Part shown: one piece after another, positions 30,732 through 41,096 of the stretch
How the letters are laid out: every line of letters begins with the position of its first letter
Position numbering within the stretch: position 1 is the stretch's first letter
NCBI GenBank assembly: GCA_965216565.1
Contig: OZ244170.1
Location: 3,456,001 to 3,520,000 of the forward strand
Direction: 5' to 3'
From: Bythopirellula sp.
Lineage (GTDB): Bacteria > Planctomycetota > Planctomycetia > Pirellulales > Lacipirellulaceae
Length of the DNA: 64,000 nucleotides
The notes under the pieces: generated by a model
Database searches by the model: none
The model's input: only the letters and a program-made list of their open reading frames with translations
Told to the model about the DNA's origin: nothing
Position numbers and translations under genes: made by a program

Positions 30732-30764
30732 CCCTCGCCCCGAGGGGAGAGGCTAGGTGAGGGG
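30732..30764. repeat. CCCTC...GGGAGAGG-type REP-like palindrome
   Basis: CCCTCGCCCCGAGGGGAGAGGCTAGGTGAGGGG; weaker relative GCCCTCTTCCCCGGTAGGGAGGGC at 14991-15014. Confidence 0.55.
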
Positions 30765-30806
30765 GCAATACAAATACGGAAGTTATTTTTCCCCGATTCC
30801 TAATTA

Positions 30807-31823
30807 TCATCCAGCCCCTAACCAGAGGTCTAGTGTGCCAACCGCAAGAAGTCCCAAGCTAATCACAGCATTCACGTTGAAAAAGGCTGTATTTACGCGA
30901 TCCAAGTCGTCAGGACGCACCAAGGCGTGCTCGTAGATTAGCAGTAAGGCGACAGCTATTACCGCTACCCAGTAGAGCCAGCCAAAGGGTTCGTAGACCA
31001 GCGGCAATGTCAGCAATGCAACAATCGTGAACAAATGACAGGCCGCAGCGATACGTAAGGCCCCGGCAATGCCCCAACGAGCTGGCACGCTCTGCAGGCC
31101 ATTCTGTTGATCGAACTGAAAGTCCTGACAGGCATAAATGATGTCGAAGCCGGCGACCCAAGTCAGCACCGCCACACCAAGCACCATGGGTGGCAATAGA
31201 TCGGCGGGGTGCTCTAGCACGACGTCACCACGGATGGCTATCCAGGCCGCCACCGGCGACATTGCCAGTGCCGCACCCAGCCAAAAGTGCGCGTAGGACG
31301 TGAAACGTTTGGCATAGCTGTAGCCGCACAAAACTAACAACACAGGCAAGGACAAATACAGTGGCAATCGATTCGGTAGAAACAACAGCGTACTGGCGAT
31401 AAATGCCGCGCCACTGAGCGCAATGAGAAACACTACTTGGCCAACGCTCAACAACCCAGCTGGCAGATGCCGCCCCGCAGTTCGAGGATTCTCGGCGTCG
31501 ATCTTTCGATCCACCAATCGATTAAACGCCATCGCAGTTGTGCGGGCCGTCACCATACAGAGGAGAATGCCAACTAGTTCTTGCCAGCGGATATCAAATC
31601 TAGAAACAAAAAGTTGGTCGAGGTAGGATGTTTTGATGCCAACGCTCAGCGTGAAATCGTGTTGAACCGCAATATCTGTAATCTGCAGTCCCTTAAACTC
31701 ACTCGGGTTCTCAACGGCTCGCAATCGCCAAGCCATCACAGCAGCCAATAGCGCGAAGGGCAACGCGAAGAGCGTATGACTGAAACGAACTAGAGACAGA
31801 TAGTGGCGGATGGTTTGCAACAT
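30807..31823 (-). CDS. UbiA-family prenyltransferase of the futalosine pathway (MqnP-like)
   Basis: FSHTLFALPFA, AMAFNRLVDRKIDAENPRT, GFDIIYACQD, AFFNVN. Confidence 0.9.
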   Translation of the reverse strand: MLQTIRHYLSLVRFSHTLFALPFALLAAVMAWRLRAVENPSEFKGLQITDIAVQHDFTLSVGIKTSYLDQLFVSRFDIRWQELVGILLCMVTARTTAMAFNRLVDRKIDAENPRTAGRHLPAGLLSVGQVVFLIALSGAAFIASTLLFLPNRLPLYLSLPVLLVLCGYSYAKRFTSYAHFWLGAALAMSPVAAWIAIRGDVVLEHPADLLPPMVLGVAVLTWVAGFDIIYACQDFQFDQQNGLQSVPARWGIAGALRIAAACHLFTIVALLTLPLVYEPFGWLYWVAVIAVALLLIYEHALVRPDDLDRVNTAFFNVNAVISLGLLAVGTLDLWLGAG

Positions 31824-31901
31824 GGTCTTGCCTTGTGTCGCGTGGCGACACGGCTATTACTCTTTACTCCGTGCCCCATGCTCCTTGCTCTTCGCTCTCA
31901 G

Positions 31902-32594
31902 CTATTCACCGCCCCAGCGTTTCATCAGATTGTTTTCGATGCCCAGGTGATCGCAGATCCGTGCGACCATAAAGTCCACCAGATCACGCAGCGTCGTCAC
32001 GCCATGATACCAGCCCGGAGAAGCCGGCATCACTACCGCCCCCGATTCGTTCGCCAACCGCATGTTTTCGATATGCGGGCGAGAAAGCGGAGTCTCACGC
32101 GGCACGACGACCAGTGGTCGCCGCTCCTTGAGATGCACCTCCGCAGCACGTTGGATCAGATTTCCCGCCGCACCGTGGGCAATGGCGCTCAACGAAGTTC
32201 CCGAGCAGGGGCAAACAACCATTCCTTTGGTAAGAAACGACCCACTCGCCATCGGTGCATTGAAGTCGCGAAAGTGGTGATAAACCAGCTCGCCCTTGCG
32301 ACCCGCTTCGACCGAAAGCACATTGCTATCGGCGGTGCTGATTCCGGCACTTTCCTGCAACATGCGGATCTTGCTATCCGAAGCACCAGCCACCTCGTCC
32401 AACATGAGCGACTTGGCAGTAAAGTTCTCCAAATCAACGGCAAGCTCTAACTCTTCCTTAATCACTTGCGCGCCGCTGGGGCTAATCGATAGATGCACAT
32501 CATGCCCCGTGGCCAGCAGCACTTCGATCAATCGCATCGAATAGACGGCCCCGCTCGCCCCAGTAATTCCCATGCAAACTTTTTTGTCACTCAT
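31902..32594 (-). CDS. ubiX: Flavin prenyltransferase
   Basis: GITGASG, ASGS, CPCS, LKERRPLVVVPRETPL, PASPGWY. Confidence 0.93.
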   Translation of the reverse strand: MSDKKVCMGITGASGAVYSMRLIEVLLATGHDVHLSISPSGAQVIKEELELAVDLENFTAKSLMLDEVAGASDSKIRMLQESAGISTADSNVLSVEAGRKGELVYHHFRDFNAPMASGSFLTKGMVVCPCSGTSLSAIAHGAAGNLIQRAAEVHLKERRPLVVVPRETPLSRPHIENMRLANESGAVVMPASPGWYHGVTTLRDLVDFMVARICDHLGIENNLMKRWGGE

Positions 32595-32645
32595 CCTAGT
32601 TCTCTTCTATTTGAATTTACTTCGAAATCTATGCCACAGACGCAT

Positions 32646-33368
32646 CTAAGCGGGTTTGCTCCCAACATAAAGTGTCGCCACACCCAAAGTCAGTCCGCGG
32701 AACCAAACCTCGGTTAAGCCAGCCGCTCGCATGCGATCTGCCAATGCCTCGCCTTGCGGAAACTCACCGACGCTAGCGGGCAGATACTCGTAAGCACTCT
32801 GTTTATTTCGCGCTAGCAGTTGTCCAATTTTTGGCAGCACGTTGCGAAAGTACCATCCATAGATTGCCTTGAATGGCTGCCATCGGGGTGAGGAAAACTC
32901 CAACACCGCGACTTGGCCACCGGGGGCACATACGCGGACCATCTCCCGCAAGCCAGCATCTGTATCGGCAACATTCCTCAATCCAAATGCCACAGAAACA
33001 ACTTGAAACTGATCGCCATCGAATGGCAGGTGCTGAGCGTCTGCCTCGACAAAGCTCAGTGACTGAGTCTCTGGTTGTCGCTCGCCTTTCTGACGTCCGA
33101 TGGCGAGCATTTCGTGACAAAAATCGGCGCCTACGATCTGTGCCCGACCCTCAGCAGCTCGATGATAGGCCAGTGCCAAGTCACCAGTGCCCGTGCACAG
33201 ATCGAGCAACTTGCCGTCTTTCACCGGAGGAACACTCCGCACAGTCCGCCAGCGCCAATAGCGATCGATATTGAGCGACAGCAAATGATTCATCAAATCG
33301 TAACGCCCGGCAATCTCCCCAAACATCTGCCTGACGCGTGCTCCCGATTTGTCGACGGTTGTGCTCAT
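32646..33368 (-). CDS. menG: Demethylmenaquinone methyltransferase (UbiE/MenG)
   Basis: [33 protein letters not shown]. Confidence 0.93.
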   Translation of the reverse strand: MSTTVDKSGARVRQMFGEIAGRYDLMNHLLSLNIDRYWRWRTVRSVPPVKDGKLLDLCTGTGDLALAYHRAAEGRAQIVGADFCHEMLAIGRQKGERQPETQSLSFVEADAQHLPFDGDQFQVVSVAFGLRNVADTDAGLREMVRVCAPGGQVAVLEFSSPRWQPFKAIYGWYFRNVLPKIGQLLARNKQSAYEYLPASVGEFPQGEALADRMRAAGLTEVWFRGLTLGVATLYVGSKPA

Positions 33369-33449
33369 TTGATAATTGATTGTCACCTGGGTTAAGCCCA
33401 ACGCGTTAACATCGGACAGAATAGACTCTGGCGTTTCCTCAGGGATTAC

Positions 33450-33510
33450 CCGCGGCTAACGCCGTCGGCTCATTCTTCCGTAGCAAGCCGTGTCGTTCCC
33501 GACCACGGCT
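33450..33510. repeat. REP-like palindromic elements
   Basis: CCGCGGCTAACGCCGTCGGCTCA (33450-33472) and hairpin AGCCGTG...CACGGCT (33486-33510). Confidence 0.45.
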
Positions 33511-33609
33511 CAACCGAGCAAAATCTGCCGCACTTTAGAATCTATCAGTATCTCAGTACAATGATCCCTCTGCCATGCCAACCGATCATTTTACAAGTGG
33601 ATTAACACC

Positions 33610-34368
33610 TTGCCACGGCTCTCAGTCCACTATCTGCCCCAGTTCGTCTCGGAAACCGAGCTCGCCGACAGTGCAGTCGTGGTGATCGACTTACTACGAG
33701 CCTCAAGCACAATTTGTCATGCTCTGTCCGCCGGGGCTAAGTGTGTGATGCCTTTTGTGGAAGTCGACGAAGTCCGCCACCAGGCGAGTAATTTTACGCA
33801 GTCAGCCATTGTGCTCGGCGGCGAGCGAGGGGGGCGTCGCATTGAGGGATTCGACCTGGGAAATTCCCCTACCGAGTACACCCCCGAGAAGGTGTTTGGC
33901 AAAACGGTGCTATTCAGCACAACCAACGGAGCCCGGGCTGTCGCCCACGCGCACCTAGCGAGGCGGGTTATCATCGGTGCCACCGCCAACCGTCGAGCGG
34001 TTGTGGCGGCGCTGGCGGAAGAGCCTGCAATCGATATCCTCTGTGCCGGTACGAACGGCAACGTCACCCGCGAAGATATTCTTGCAGCCGGTGCGATTGT
34101 CGACGCGCTTCTGCCGTTACCCGACTCCCAGTGGGAGACGAACGAATGGGTCGATGCCGTCCGCGGCGAATGGCAGGAACTGCTCTCCACCGCCACCGCC
34201 CTGGGACGCAGCGTAAGCGAACAACTGGCCCTAGAACTAAGAGAAACCACCGGCGGCAAGAATCTCCTGGCCATTGGCTACGATTTTGATCTCGAAGTCT
34301 GTGCCCAGGTCGACACGCTCGATCTTGCCCCCGAGCTGGATTCCGAGACGGCGGCTATTGTCCTGTAG
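33610..34368 (+). CDS. comB: 2-phosphosulfolactate phosphatase family protein
   Basis: VVIDLLRASSTI, GGERGG, FDLGNSPTE, TTNG, EDILAAG. Confidence 0.9.
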   Translation: MPRLSVHYLPQFVSETELADSAVVVIDLLRASSTICHALSAGAKCVMPFVEVDEVRHQASNFTQSAIVLGGERGGRRIEGFDLGNSPTEYTPEKVFGKTVLFSTTNGARAVAHAHLARRVIIGATANRRAVVAALAEEPAIDILCAGTNGNVTREDILAAGAIVDALLPLPDSQWETNEWVDAVRGEWQELLSTATALGRSVSEQLALELRETTGGKNLLAIGYDFDLEVCAQVDTLDLAPELDSETAAIVL

Positions 34369-34372
34369 GTGG

Positions 34373-34403
34373 CCACTTCGCACAGACCCCACTTCGCACA
34401 GAC
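34373..34403. repeat. 15-bp direct repeat x2
   Basis: CCACTTCGCACAGAC at 34373-34387 and 34389-34403. Confidence 0.85.
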
Positions 34404-34608
34404 ATAGACGCTACCGCCACCGACAAGGTAAACTCTCTATTTCCAACTCACTCCCGTCTTACATAAGAAATCCACTATGGCAGGACGCACACAAGATTGA
34501 ATAGACCCTAGTCTTTTCTTGTGCCTTTCTGTTGTCGTGGGTCTACCCGTATTTATTACATCGTCATTCTTGATTGGTCATTGACGTTTGAAGAAAGTTG
34601 CTCTCACC

Positions 34609-36218
34609 ATGGAAATGGAAAAACTAGTCTCCCTCTGCAAGCGCCGCGGATTTCTATTTCAATCCAGCGAGATCTACGGGGGATTGAATGGCTTCTGGGA
34701 CTATGGCCCTCTCGGCGTGGAACTCAAACGCAATATCAAGGGCGCGTGGTGGCAAGACATGGTCACTTCGCACGACGAATTGGCCGCGGCTGACGGTGCC
34801 CCCTCCACTCACGAAATGACCGGCCTCGACTGCACCATCATTATGCACCCCCAAGTATGGAAGTGCAGCGGTCACTACGACCTGTTTTGCGACATGATGG
34901 TCGATTGCCGTGAATCGAAGCGACGCTACCGCTTCGATCAATTACGCGGTCGCTGGGTCGAAGCCAAAGGCAAACGTATCTTTGTGACCACACTGGCTGA
35001 AGTGGAAGAAGAAAAGAAGACCTTCAGCGTCGTGCCCTAAAGGCGTTCAACCTGCGAGGAAAAGATGCGGACAAACTTGCCTGGGAGGGCGAGGCAATGT
35101 CCCTCGACAAGCTCGATTCCTTAGAAAACGTCTTTGCACCGGAAGCGAAGGAAGTTGGCACACTTACCGAGCCACGCGAGTTCAATCTGATGTTCAAAAC
35201 GATCGTCGGCGCCATGGGCACCGAGGACGATGCGGCTTTCCTCCGTCCCGAGACGGCCCAGGGCATTTTTGTCAATTTCAAGAACGTTCTCGATAGCACC
35301 CGCGTGCGGATCCCCTTCGGCATCGCACAAATGGGGAAGAGCTTCCGCAACGAGATTACGCCGCGGAATTTTACTTTCCGCTCTCGCGAGTTCGAACAGA
35401 TGGAGATCGAGTTCTTCTGCCATCCCGACTCCTCACGCGACTGGTACGAGTATTGGCGCGATCGTCGTATGCGTTGGTACACCGATCTGGGCCTAGCCGG
35501 CGAGCGGCTTCAACTCCGCGAGCACGAATCTGACGAACTGAGCCACTATTCCTGCGGCACGGCCGATATCGAATACGCCTTTCCGTTCCTTCCAGAAGGT
35601 GAGCACGGCGAACTGGAAGGGATCGCCCACCGAGGCGACTTCGACCTTCGCAGTCACATGGAGGGTAAGCTGGTGAAAAATGCCGAAGGCTGCTTGGAAG
35701 TCGAACAAGGTCCCGATGGCAAACCCAAATACAAAGGGAGCGGGCGCGACCTCACCTATCGCGATGATCAAACCAACGAACGGTTCATCCCTCATGTCAT
35801 TGAACCCTCAGCCGGAGCCGACCGTGCGACGCTGGCGTTTCTTTGTGAAGCGTACACCGAGGACGAACAACCGGACGAAAAAGGCAAGATGCAAACCCGC
35901 ACGGTGATGAAGCTGCATCCGCGGATCGCGCCCATCAAAGCAGCCGTCTTCCCGCTGGTGAAAAAAGATGGCATGCCGGAAATTGCCCGCGACATTTATC
36001 GAGGTCTTAAACAACGCTTCACAGCGTTTTACGACGAGAAGGGCGCAGTTGGACGCCGCTACCGCCGTCAGGACGAGGCAGGCACCCCCTACTGCATTAC
36101 GGTCGATGGTCAAACTCTCACGGATCAGACCGTCACCATCCGCGACCGCGATACGCTAGAGCAGTGGCGCGTGAAAGTGGACGATGTGGTAGAGGAGATT
36201 TCTGGCCGGGTGAGCTAA
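34609..36218 (+). CDS. glyQS: Glycine--tRNA ligase (alpha2 type), interrupted by a -1 frameshift at ~35001-35037
   Basis: N-part KRRGF..SSEIYGG..DYGPLG (stop at 35038-35040); C-part [41 protein letters not shown] in the -1 frame, open from 35001. Confidence 0.92.
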
Positions 36219-36228
36219 GAGAATCTTC

Positions 36229-37020
36229 TCAACCAGCCAGACGCGATGAGAGTTGGTCCACCTGCCCGCGCAAATTCGCCAGCAGCATGTGACTACTCGC
36301 CACTTGGTGAAAGTGTTCGTAGTAGTGTTGACTGCTACTTTGCCGACTGGCTGAGAGCGAGCCGGTGAGTCGCTCCAAATCGTGCAGTTGCTGGTCTACC
36401 CCATCAATCTGCCGATTCAACCGACGGCTATTGTTCCACAACCGCGCGGCCATCCACACCAGCCCCACAATGAGCGTCCCCTCGGCGGCAATCGTGGCAG
36501 TCATACCCCATTGCCAGGAAGCAGCCAATCCAAATGCCGCGGCCCACACCAACAGACCAACGCCCCCTGCAAAACCGACCACGCCAACGAACAACATTAG
36601 GCTAATCAAGCGTGTGGCAACAGTGCTGCGTGCTTGATCCCATTCCGCTTGCTTGTCTCGATGTCCAATGGCTCGCAGACGGGGACTCTCATGATACGAC
36701 TGGAGATTCTCAGGCCCCCAAGTCCGCGGTGGAGTGGCGACATCTTGAGTCGACTCGTGCCGATACGCGGTGCGAAGCTGCTGTCCAATGCGTCGCAAGC
36801 GCTCTGAAGTCTCATCACGTTGCCAAGGATTGGGCGGCACTTCTTGGAACCGTTGCCGATCCATGGCTTCAAGCTCCACTCCCGTATCTACAACCTGTGC
36901 GGCTGACGCCGAGAGTCGATCGTTAAGATCAAACTCCGCTTCGCAACGCGTGCACACCAGCGGTCCATCTACCGCTCTGGCTACGGCAGGAACATCTTGT
37001 TGGCAATCGCGACACCACAT
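36229..37020 (-). CDS. Hypothetical protein with N-terminal Zn ribbon, 2 TMs and coiled coil
   Basis: MWCRDC...CTRC; two hydrophobic helices; heptad-like C-terminus. Confidence 0.7.
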   Translation of the reverse strand: MWCRDCQQDVPAVARAVDGPLVCTRCEAEFDLNDRLSASAAQVVDTGVELEAMDRQRFQEVPPNPWQRDETSERLRRIGQQLRTAYRHESTQDVATPPRTWGPENLQSYHESPRLRAIGHRDKQAEWDQARSTVATRLISLMLFVGVVGFAGGVGLLVWAAAFGLAASWQWGMTATIAAEGTLIVGLVWMAARLWNNSRRLNRQIDGVDQQLHDLERLTGSLSASRQSSSQHYYEHFHQVASSHMLLANLRGQVDQLSSRLAG

Positions 37021-37119
37021 ACGCCGGCACCCTGAAAGACGAGAAAGTAAGAATAGCCCTATCCATAGAGCATCGGCCTGCAACCTTGGCAGACTGTAGC
37101 GATTTCGTAGAACGCGCAC

Positions 37120-39072
37120 CTACTCGGCGGTGCTAGCATTCTCGCCTGCGGGCGCTGAGGAGCGATAGAAATCGCCCCGGAGCCAATCGACGATGAGCCC
37201 CAGCGAATGATCGTCGAGCTGATTCATTCGCGGGTCGTCATGCGGAGCAAATGCTGGCATCCGGTCGTTCATTTCGCCGTAGAAGCGTTCATGGCCAGGA
37301 TTGCGGATGAAATCGATCATCCATTGCCGCGACATGTAGCCGGTGAGATCGGGTGAACCAACGTCTTGCATCTCGCCAAAGCTATGGCAGTCGGTGCAAC
37401 TCATGCCAACTTCACCCACCTCGGCCAACCCGCCTTCGATCAGGGCCCTGCCCTCTTCGATGATTTCTTCGTCCTCTTGGTCCATCTCGCGCTGATGCGG
37501 TAGTTGCGCCTCGGCAGAGAGAGCCACGACGATTTTCTCAACCGCCGATTGCACATTGGGATCTGTCTCGGCGAGCGATTCGTTGACAAAGTCCACCATG
37601 TCGGTGTAGTCGCCATCGCCCACAAACGGCGACCCGGGATAGCCAAAGTAATGCAGCCCGTCGACTTGGTTGGGATCTAAAATTCCGGCAATCCACTCAC
37701 GGCTCCCTACACCGTAGAGATTTGGAGCGGAATACTCTTCCGTATCGTTGTTCAGAATCTTAGCGGCATGGGAAGTTGATTTGCCGGGGCCCATGTAAAT
37801 GTGGCAGCCAATGCAATATTGATTGAATAACTTAGGCCCTTGCAGATAAGGATCGTTTTGCAACAACGACAGCGCCCCTTCCGGCGGAATCTTCTCTGGC
37901 GAACTGGCGAGCTCAATCGCTCGATGCGCTTCATGCTCGGCTTCGCCCTTGGCTTGGATAAATGTTTGCGAGGCTTGATAGGCCTCGTAGTTTTCGGCGC
38001 CTTCCTCCGGCTTTTCTGTCCACATCGCAAAATAGTCGTCGTATAGTGCCTGCCCAGTAAGCAAAGCCGCGCCGCCCAATAGAACGAACAGCAACGCCAC
38101 GTTGAAAATATGTCCGCCCCGACTGCGACCAATCCACGGCATCAAAAACAATACCACCAGGATCAAGGTGGGAATCACAATCGCGCCCCATACCTCCAAC
38201 TCGCCGGGGAACCACTTCAAAAACTGAAACAGAAACAAAAAGTAGATCTCGGGCCGTGCTGCCGCATAGGGATTTGCGGGGTCGGCCGGGGCGGTGAGTT
38301 CTGCGCCGCCGTAATAGACCGTCGCACCCAATACCACCGCCAATACAGCCAACGCTGCCACACTGTCTTTAAGAACCTGGTCGGGCCAGAACATCGTATC
38401 GGGCGCTCGCTTGGCATCACGAACATGGAGCCCATGCCGACGAAAAAGCGCCACATGCACGACGAGGAACAGGACCAACAGCCCCGGCAGCACTCCCGCA
38501 TGCAAAGCAAAAAACCGTGTTAGCGTGTGATGCCCGTATTCGTTGCCGCCAACAGCCAGCGTCTTGACCGCCGGCCCCGCTCCGGGTGCCAGACTGGAAA
38601 GTTCCGTGCCTACCTTCGTGGCCCAGTAGCCTTTCTGATCCCACGGCAACAGATATCCCGTCAGCGCCAATCCCAGGACGATCAACATTAGTATTAAACC
38701 CAACACAAAGTTGATCTCGCGGGGAGCCCGATAGGCACCGTCAATCACCACTTGCAGAAAATGAACTCCCAGCAGCACCACCATCGCTTGAGCCATAAAG
38801 TGGTGGATGCCCCGCAGCAGCCAACCACCAGCCATTTCGTGCTGAATGTAGTAGACGCTTTCCCATGCCGTCTGTGTGCTGGGGCTGTAGGCCATCCACA
38901 GAAATATGCCGGTAATCACCTGGGTGGCAAACGCCATCACCAACGTGCTGCCCCACACATAACGCCAACGGGCACCCCCAGGGATTGGTTCGTAGAGTGC
39001 TTCGTGAACCAGCTTTTTCGCGCCGGTGCGATCGTCGAACCATTCGCTGACTTTTTGAGTCACAGAACTCAT
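37120..39072 (-). CDS. Cytochrome b fused to a C-terminal di-heme cytochrome c domain
   Basis: Four His heme-b ligands, TGYLLPWDQKGYWA, TLTRFFALH, PEIY; CIGCH and CTDCH heme-c motifs; distal MP. Confidence 0.92.
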   Translation of the reverse strand: MSSVTQKVSEWFDDRTGAKKLVHEALYEPIPGGARWRYVWGSTLVMAFATQVITGIFLWMAYSPSTQTAWESVYYIQHEMAGGWLLRGIHHFMAQAMVVLLGVHFLQVVIDGAYRAPREINFVLGLILMLIVLGLALTGYLLPWDQKGYWATKVGTELSSLAPGAGPAVKTLAVGGNEYGHHTLTRFFALHAGVLPGLLVLFLVVHVALFRRHGLHVRDAKRAPDTMFWPDQVLKDSVAALAVLAVVLGATVYYGGAELTAPADPANPYAAARPEIYFLFLFQFLKWFPGELEVWGAIVIPTLILVVLFLMPWIGRSRGGHIFNVALLFVLLGGAALLTGQALYDDYFAMWTEKPEEGAENYEAYQASQTFIQAKGEAEHEAHRAIELASSPEKIPPEGALSLLQNDPYLQGPKLFNQYCIGCHIYMGPGKSTSHAAKILNNDTEEYSAPNLYGVGSREWIAGILDPNQVDGLHYFGYPGSPFVGDGDYTDMVDFVNESLAETDPNVQSAVEKIVVALSAEAQLPHQREMDQEDEEIIEEGRALIEGGLAEVGEVGMSCTDCHSFGEMQDVGSPDLTGYMSRQWMIDFIRNPGHERFYGEMNDRMPAFAPHDDPRMNQLDDHSLGLIVDWLRGDFYRSSAPAGENASTAE

Positions 39073-39656
39073 GCGGTGGGCACCTGCTCTGCGTGGCCAG
39101 TTTGAAAGTCGATGAATTCCACCCATACCTCGGTCACTTGGGCGTCGTCATCACCAATCTCTTTGAGGGTGACAGGGAGACGATCCATATCGCGTGGCGC
39201 CACCTCATCGTCGCCTCGCGCTCGCGAACCGTCCAAATTGAATGCACTCGTGTGACACGGACATTTGAATTCGTCGTCGCCCTCGGTGTAGCCGACAAAG
39301 CAGCCTGCGTGCGGGCATTTCGCTGTGAAGGCAGTCGGCTTCTGCTCGCCTGGGTTGCGAACCAAATAAACTGCTCCAATTTTTTGCTCGGGATACCGGT
39401 TCCAGGCATCCTCGCGATCGTGGCTCACAGGGAAATAGCGGGGCTTACCGTCGGCAGGTATCTGAGAGAGCAGCGCGATCCTCACCTCTGGGCTTTTGTG
39501 ACTCCGGAACAACGGCGAGAGATAACTGACGATGCCGACAACTACCGGAGTAACCGTAGCCACGGCCCCCGCCACAATCGCCATCACGGCCGCAAAAAAC
39601 GTTCGGCGATTCGCAGGGTTAGGTTCGGAAGTCGATTTTTTCGAGGGATCCGTCAT
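39069..39656 (-). CDS. Rieske iron-sulfur subunit
   Basis: Tat motif NRRTFF plus TM; CPHAGC and CPCH boxes; APR; ATGA overlap with cytochrome b. Confidence 0.93.
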   Translation of the reverse strand: MTDPSKKSTSEPNPANRRTFFAAVMAIVAGAVATVTPVVVGIVSYLSPLFRSHKSPEVRIALLSQIPADGKPRYFPVSHDREDAWNRYPEQKIGAVYLVRNPGEQKPTAFTAKCPHAGCFVGYTEGDDEFKCPCHTSAFNLDGSRARGDDEVAPRDMDRLPVTLKEIGDDDAQVTEVWVEFIDFQTGHAEQVPTA

Positions 39657-39694
39657 TGCGTGTCTCTAAGAATTCAAGTCACACCTGATTATAG

Positions 39695-40678
39695 TTACCC
39701 CAGAGCCGCGCGCAGCTTTTCCAGAACCTGACTTTGGGCGTCGTCCATCGACATTGCCATGGTAATGCCCGAAGCAGCCTTGTGCCCCCCGCCACCGAAC
39801 TGCTGGGCAATTGCCTGGACATCGAAATCACTACGACTCCGCAGGCTAACTTTGGTTTTGTCGGGCTCCAATTCCACAAACATCACCGCGACTTCGGTGC
39901 CCGCAATAGTGAGCAGTGTGTTGATCGAATCCTCAGTATCCGTGGTGTTCGCCCCCACGGCTGCAAAATCTGCTTGCCGAACCTGAGTCCACATGAGTCT
40001 CCCGCGGCACTCCGATCGGATGTTGGAGAAAATGCGTCCCCGTAACAGGATTCTCGCAATGCTGTGTTGCTCGAACAAAGCCGAAAACACCTCCGGCGGG
40101 CTCACTCCTACCGCGACAATCTTTGCCAGGGCGGCAAATGTTTTCTCGGTTACGGAAGAAAAGCGGAACCAGCCCGTGTCGGTTGCGATCGCCGTGAACA
40201 ATGGCATGGCGATCTCTTGGGTCAGCTCTACCTGCAGTTCCTCGGACAGTTCCAGAATCAATCGGCCGGTGGCCTCGGCCGTGGCGTCGCGAAACACCGC
40301 GGCGCCTAGGTCATCGCTACTCACGTGATGATCGATCACCACACGCTTGCCAGGGAATTCCCGCACGACGTCCGCCATGGGGCCCAACTGCCCCCACGCA
40401 CTCGTGTCGACAACAATCAAGCAATCGCACTTATGCAGCTCCTCAGCTTGAACGGTCCGTCCTAATTCGCCGATGCGACTCTCCGGATCGATAAACCGAA
40501 TATGCTCGGGAACCTCGTCGCCGTTAACGATCTGCACTTGCTTACCCAAGGACTCCAACACGCGCGCCAGCGCCAATTCGCTACCCACGGCATCACAATC
40601 GGCACGACAGTGGCTCGTGAGAACAAACGACTGGCAGTCGGTAATAATCTCGTGAAGTGGTTTCCAATCGATGGACAT
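39695..40678 (-). CDS. nrnA: DHH/DHHA1 phosphoesterase (NrnA-like)
   Basis: SH..ADCDAVGS, VIDHH, TDTGWF, VSLRS, GGGGHKAASG. Confidence 0.88.
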   Translation of the reverse strand: MSIDWKPLHEIITDCQSFVLTSHCRADCDAVGSELALARVLESLGKQVQIVNGDEVPEHIRFIDPESRIGELGRTVQAEELHKCDCLIVVDTSAWGQLGPMADVVREFPGKRVVIDHHVSSDDLGAAVFRDATAEATGRLILELSEELQVELTQEIAMPLFTAIATDTGWFRFSSVTEKTFAALAKIVAVGVSPPEVFSALFEQHSIARILLRGRIFSNIRSECRGRLMWTQVRQADFAAVGANTTDTEDSINTLLTIAGTEVAVMFVELEPDKTKVSLRSRSDFDVQAIAQQFGGGGHKAASGITMAMSMDDAQSQVLEKLRAALG

Positions 40679-40771
40679 GGTTATTGGCTGTAGGAAGAAG
40701 ACTGTAGGCTGGAGACGCTAGTCTGGGGCAAACAATAGCCGCGATCCGATGGATCGCCGGGAGCACGTACT

Positions 40772-41035
40772 TCACTCCTTATTCATATACTCTTCGACCA
40801 ACTTGGCCACCAACGCGGGATTATCCTGCTCGACCAGATGATCAATCTGTTGCTGCTTGACGCCCATCTTTTCCATTGCCGCTGAGGCCTGTTTCCACTT
40901 GGTGGCGCGGGCTTTGCCCTCAGCCAGATAGAGATCAGTCACCAGCTCGCCCAAACGCTGCAGCGAGATTGCGTCCTTGTTATCGTAGTAGTTCTTGATG
41001 ATCTTCTGCTGATGTTTCGAATATTGCTTGGCCAT
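40772..41035 (-). CDS. Small hypothetical protein
   Basis: 87 aa, helical composition, fills the gap with genome-typical codon usage. Confidence 0.75.
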   Translation of the reverse strand: MAKQYSKHQQKIIKNYYDNKDAISLQRLGELVTDLYLAEGKARATKWKQASAAMEKMGVKQQQIDHLVEQDNPALVAKLVEEYMNKE

Positions 41036-41096
41036 TGTAGCTCGTTGATTGAGGAAATCGGATACTGCGGAAAATTGATCGTATTCGTGGGTCAGG

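Noticed and set aside
34369..34608. T-box or glycine riboswitch ahead of GlyRS
   Set aside because: No T-box GGTGG.ACC consensus and no glycine-aptamer motifs.
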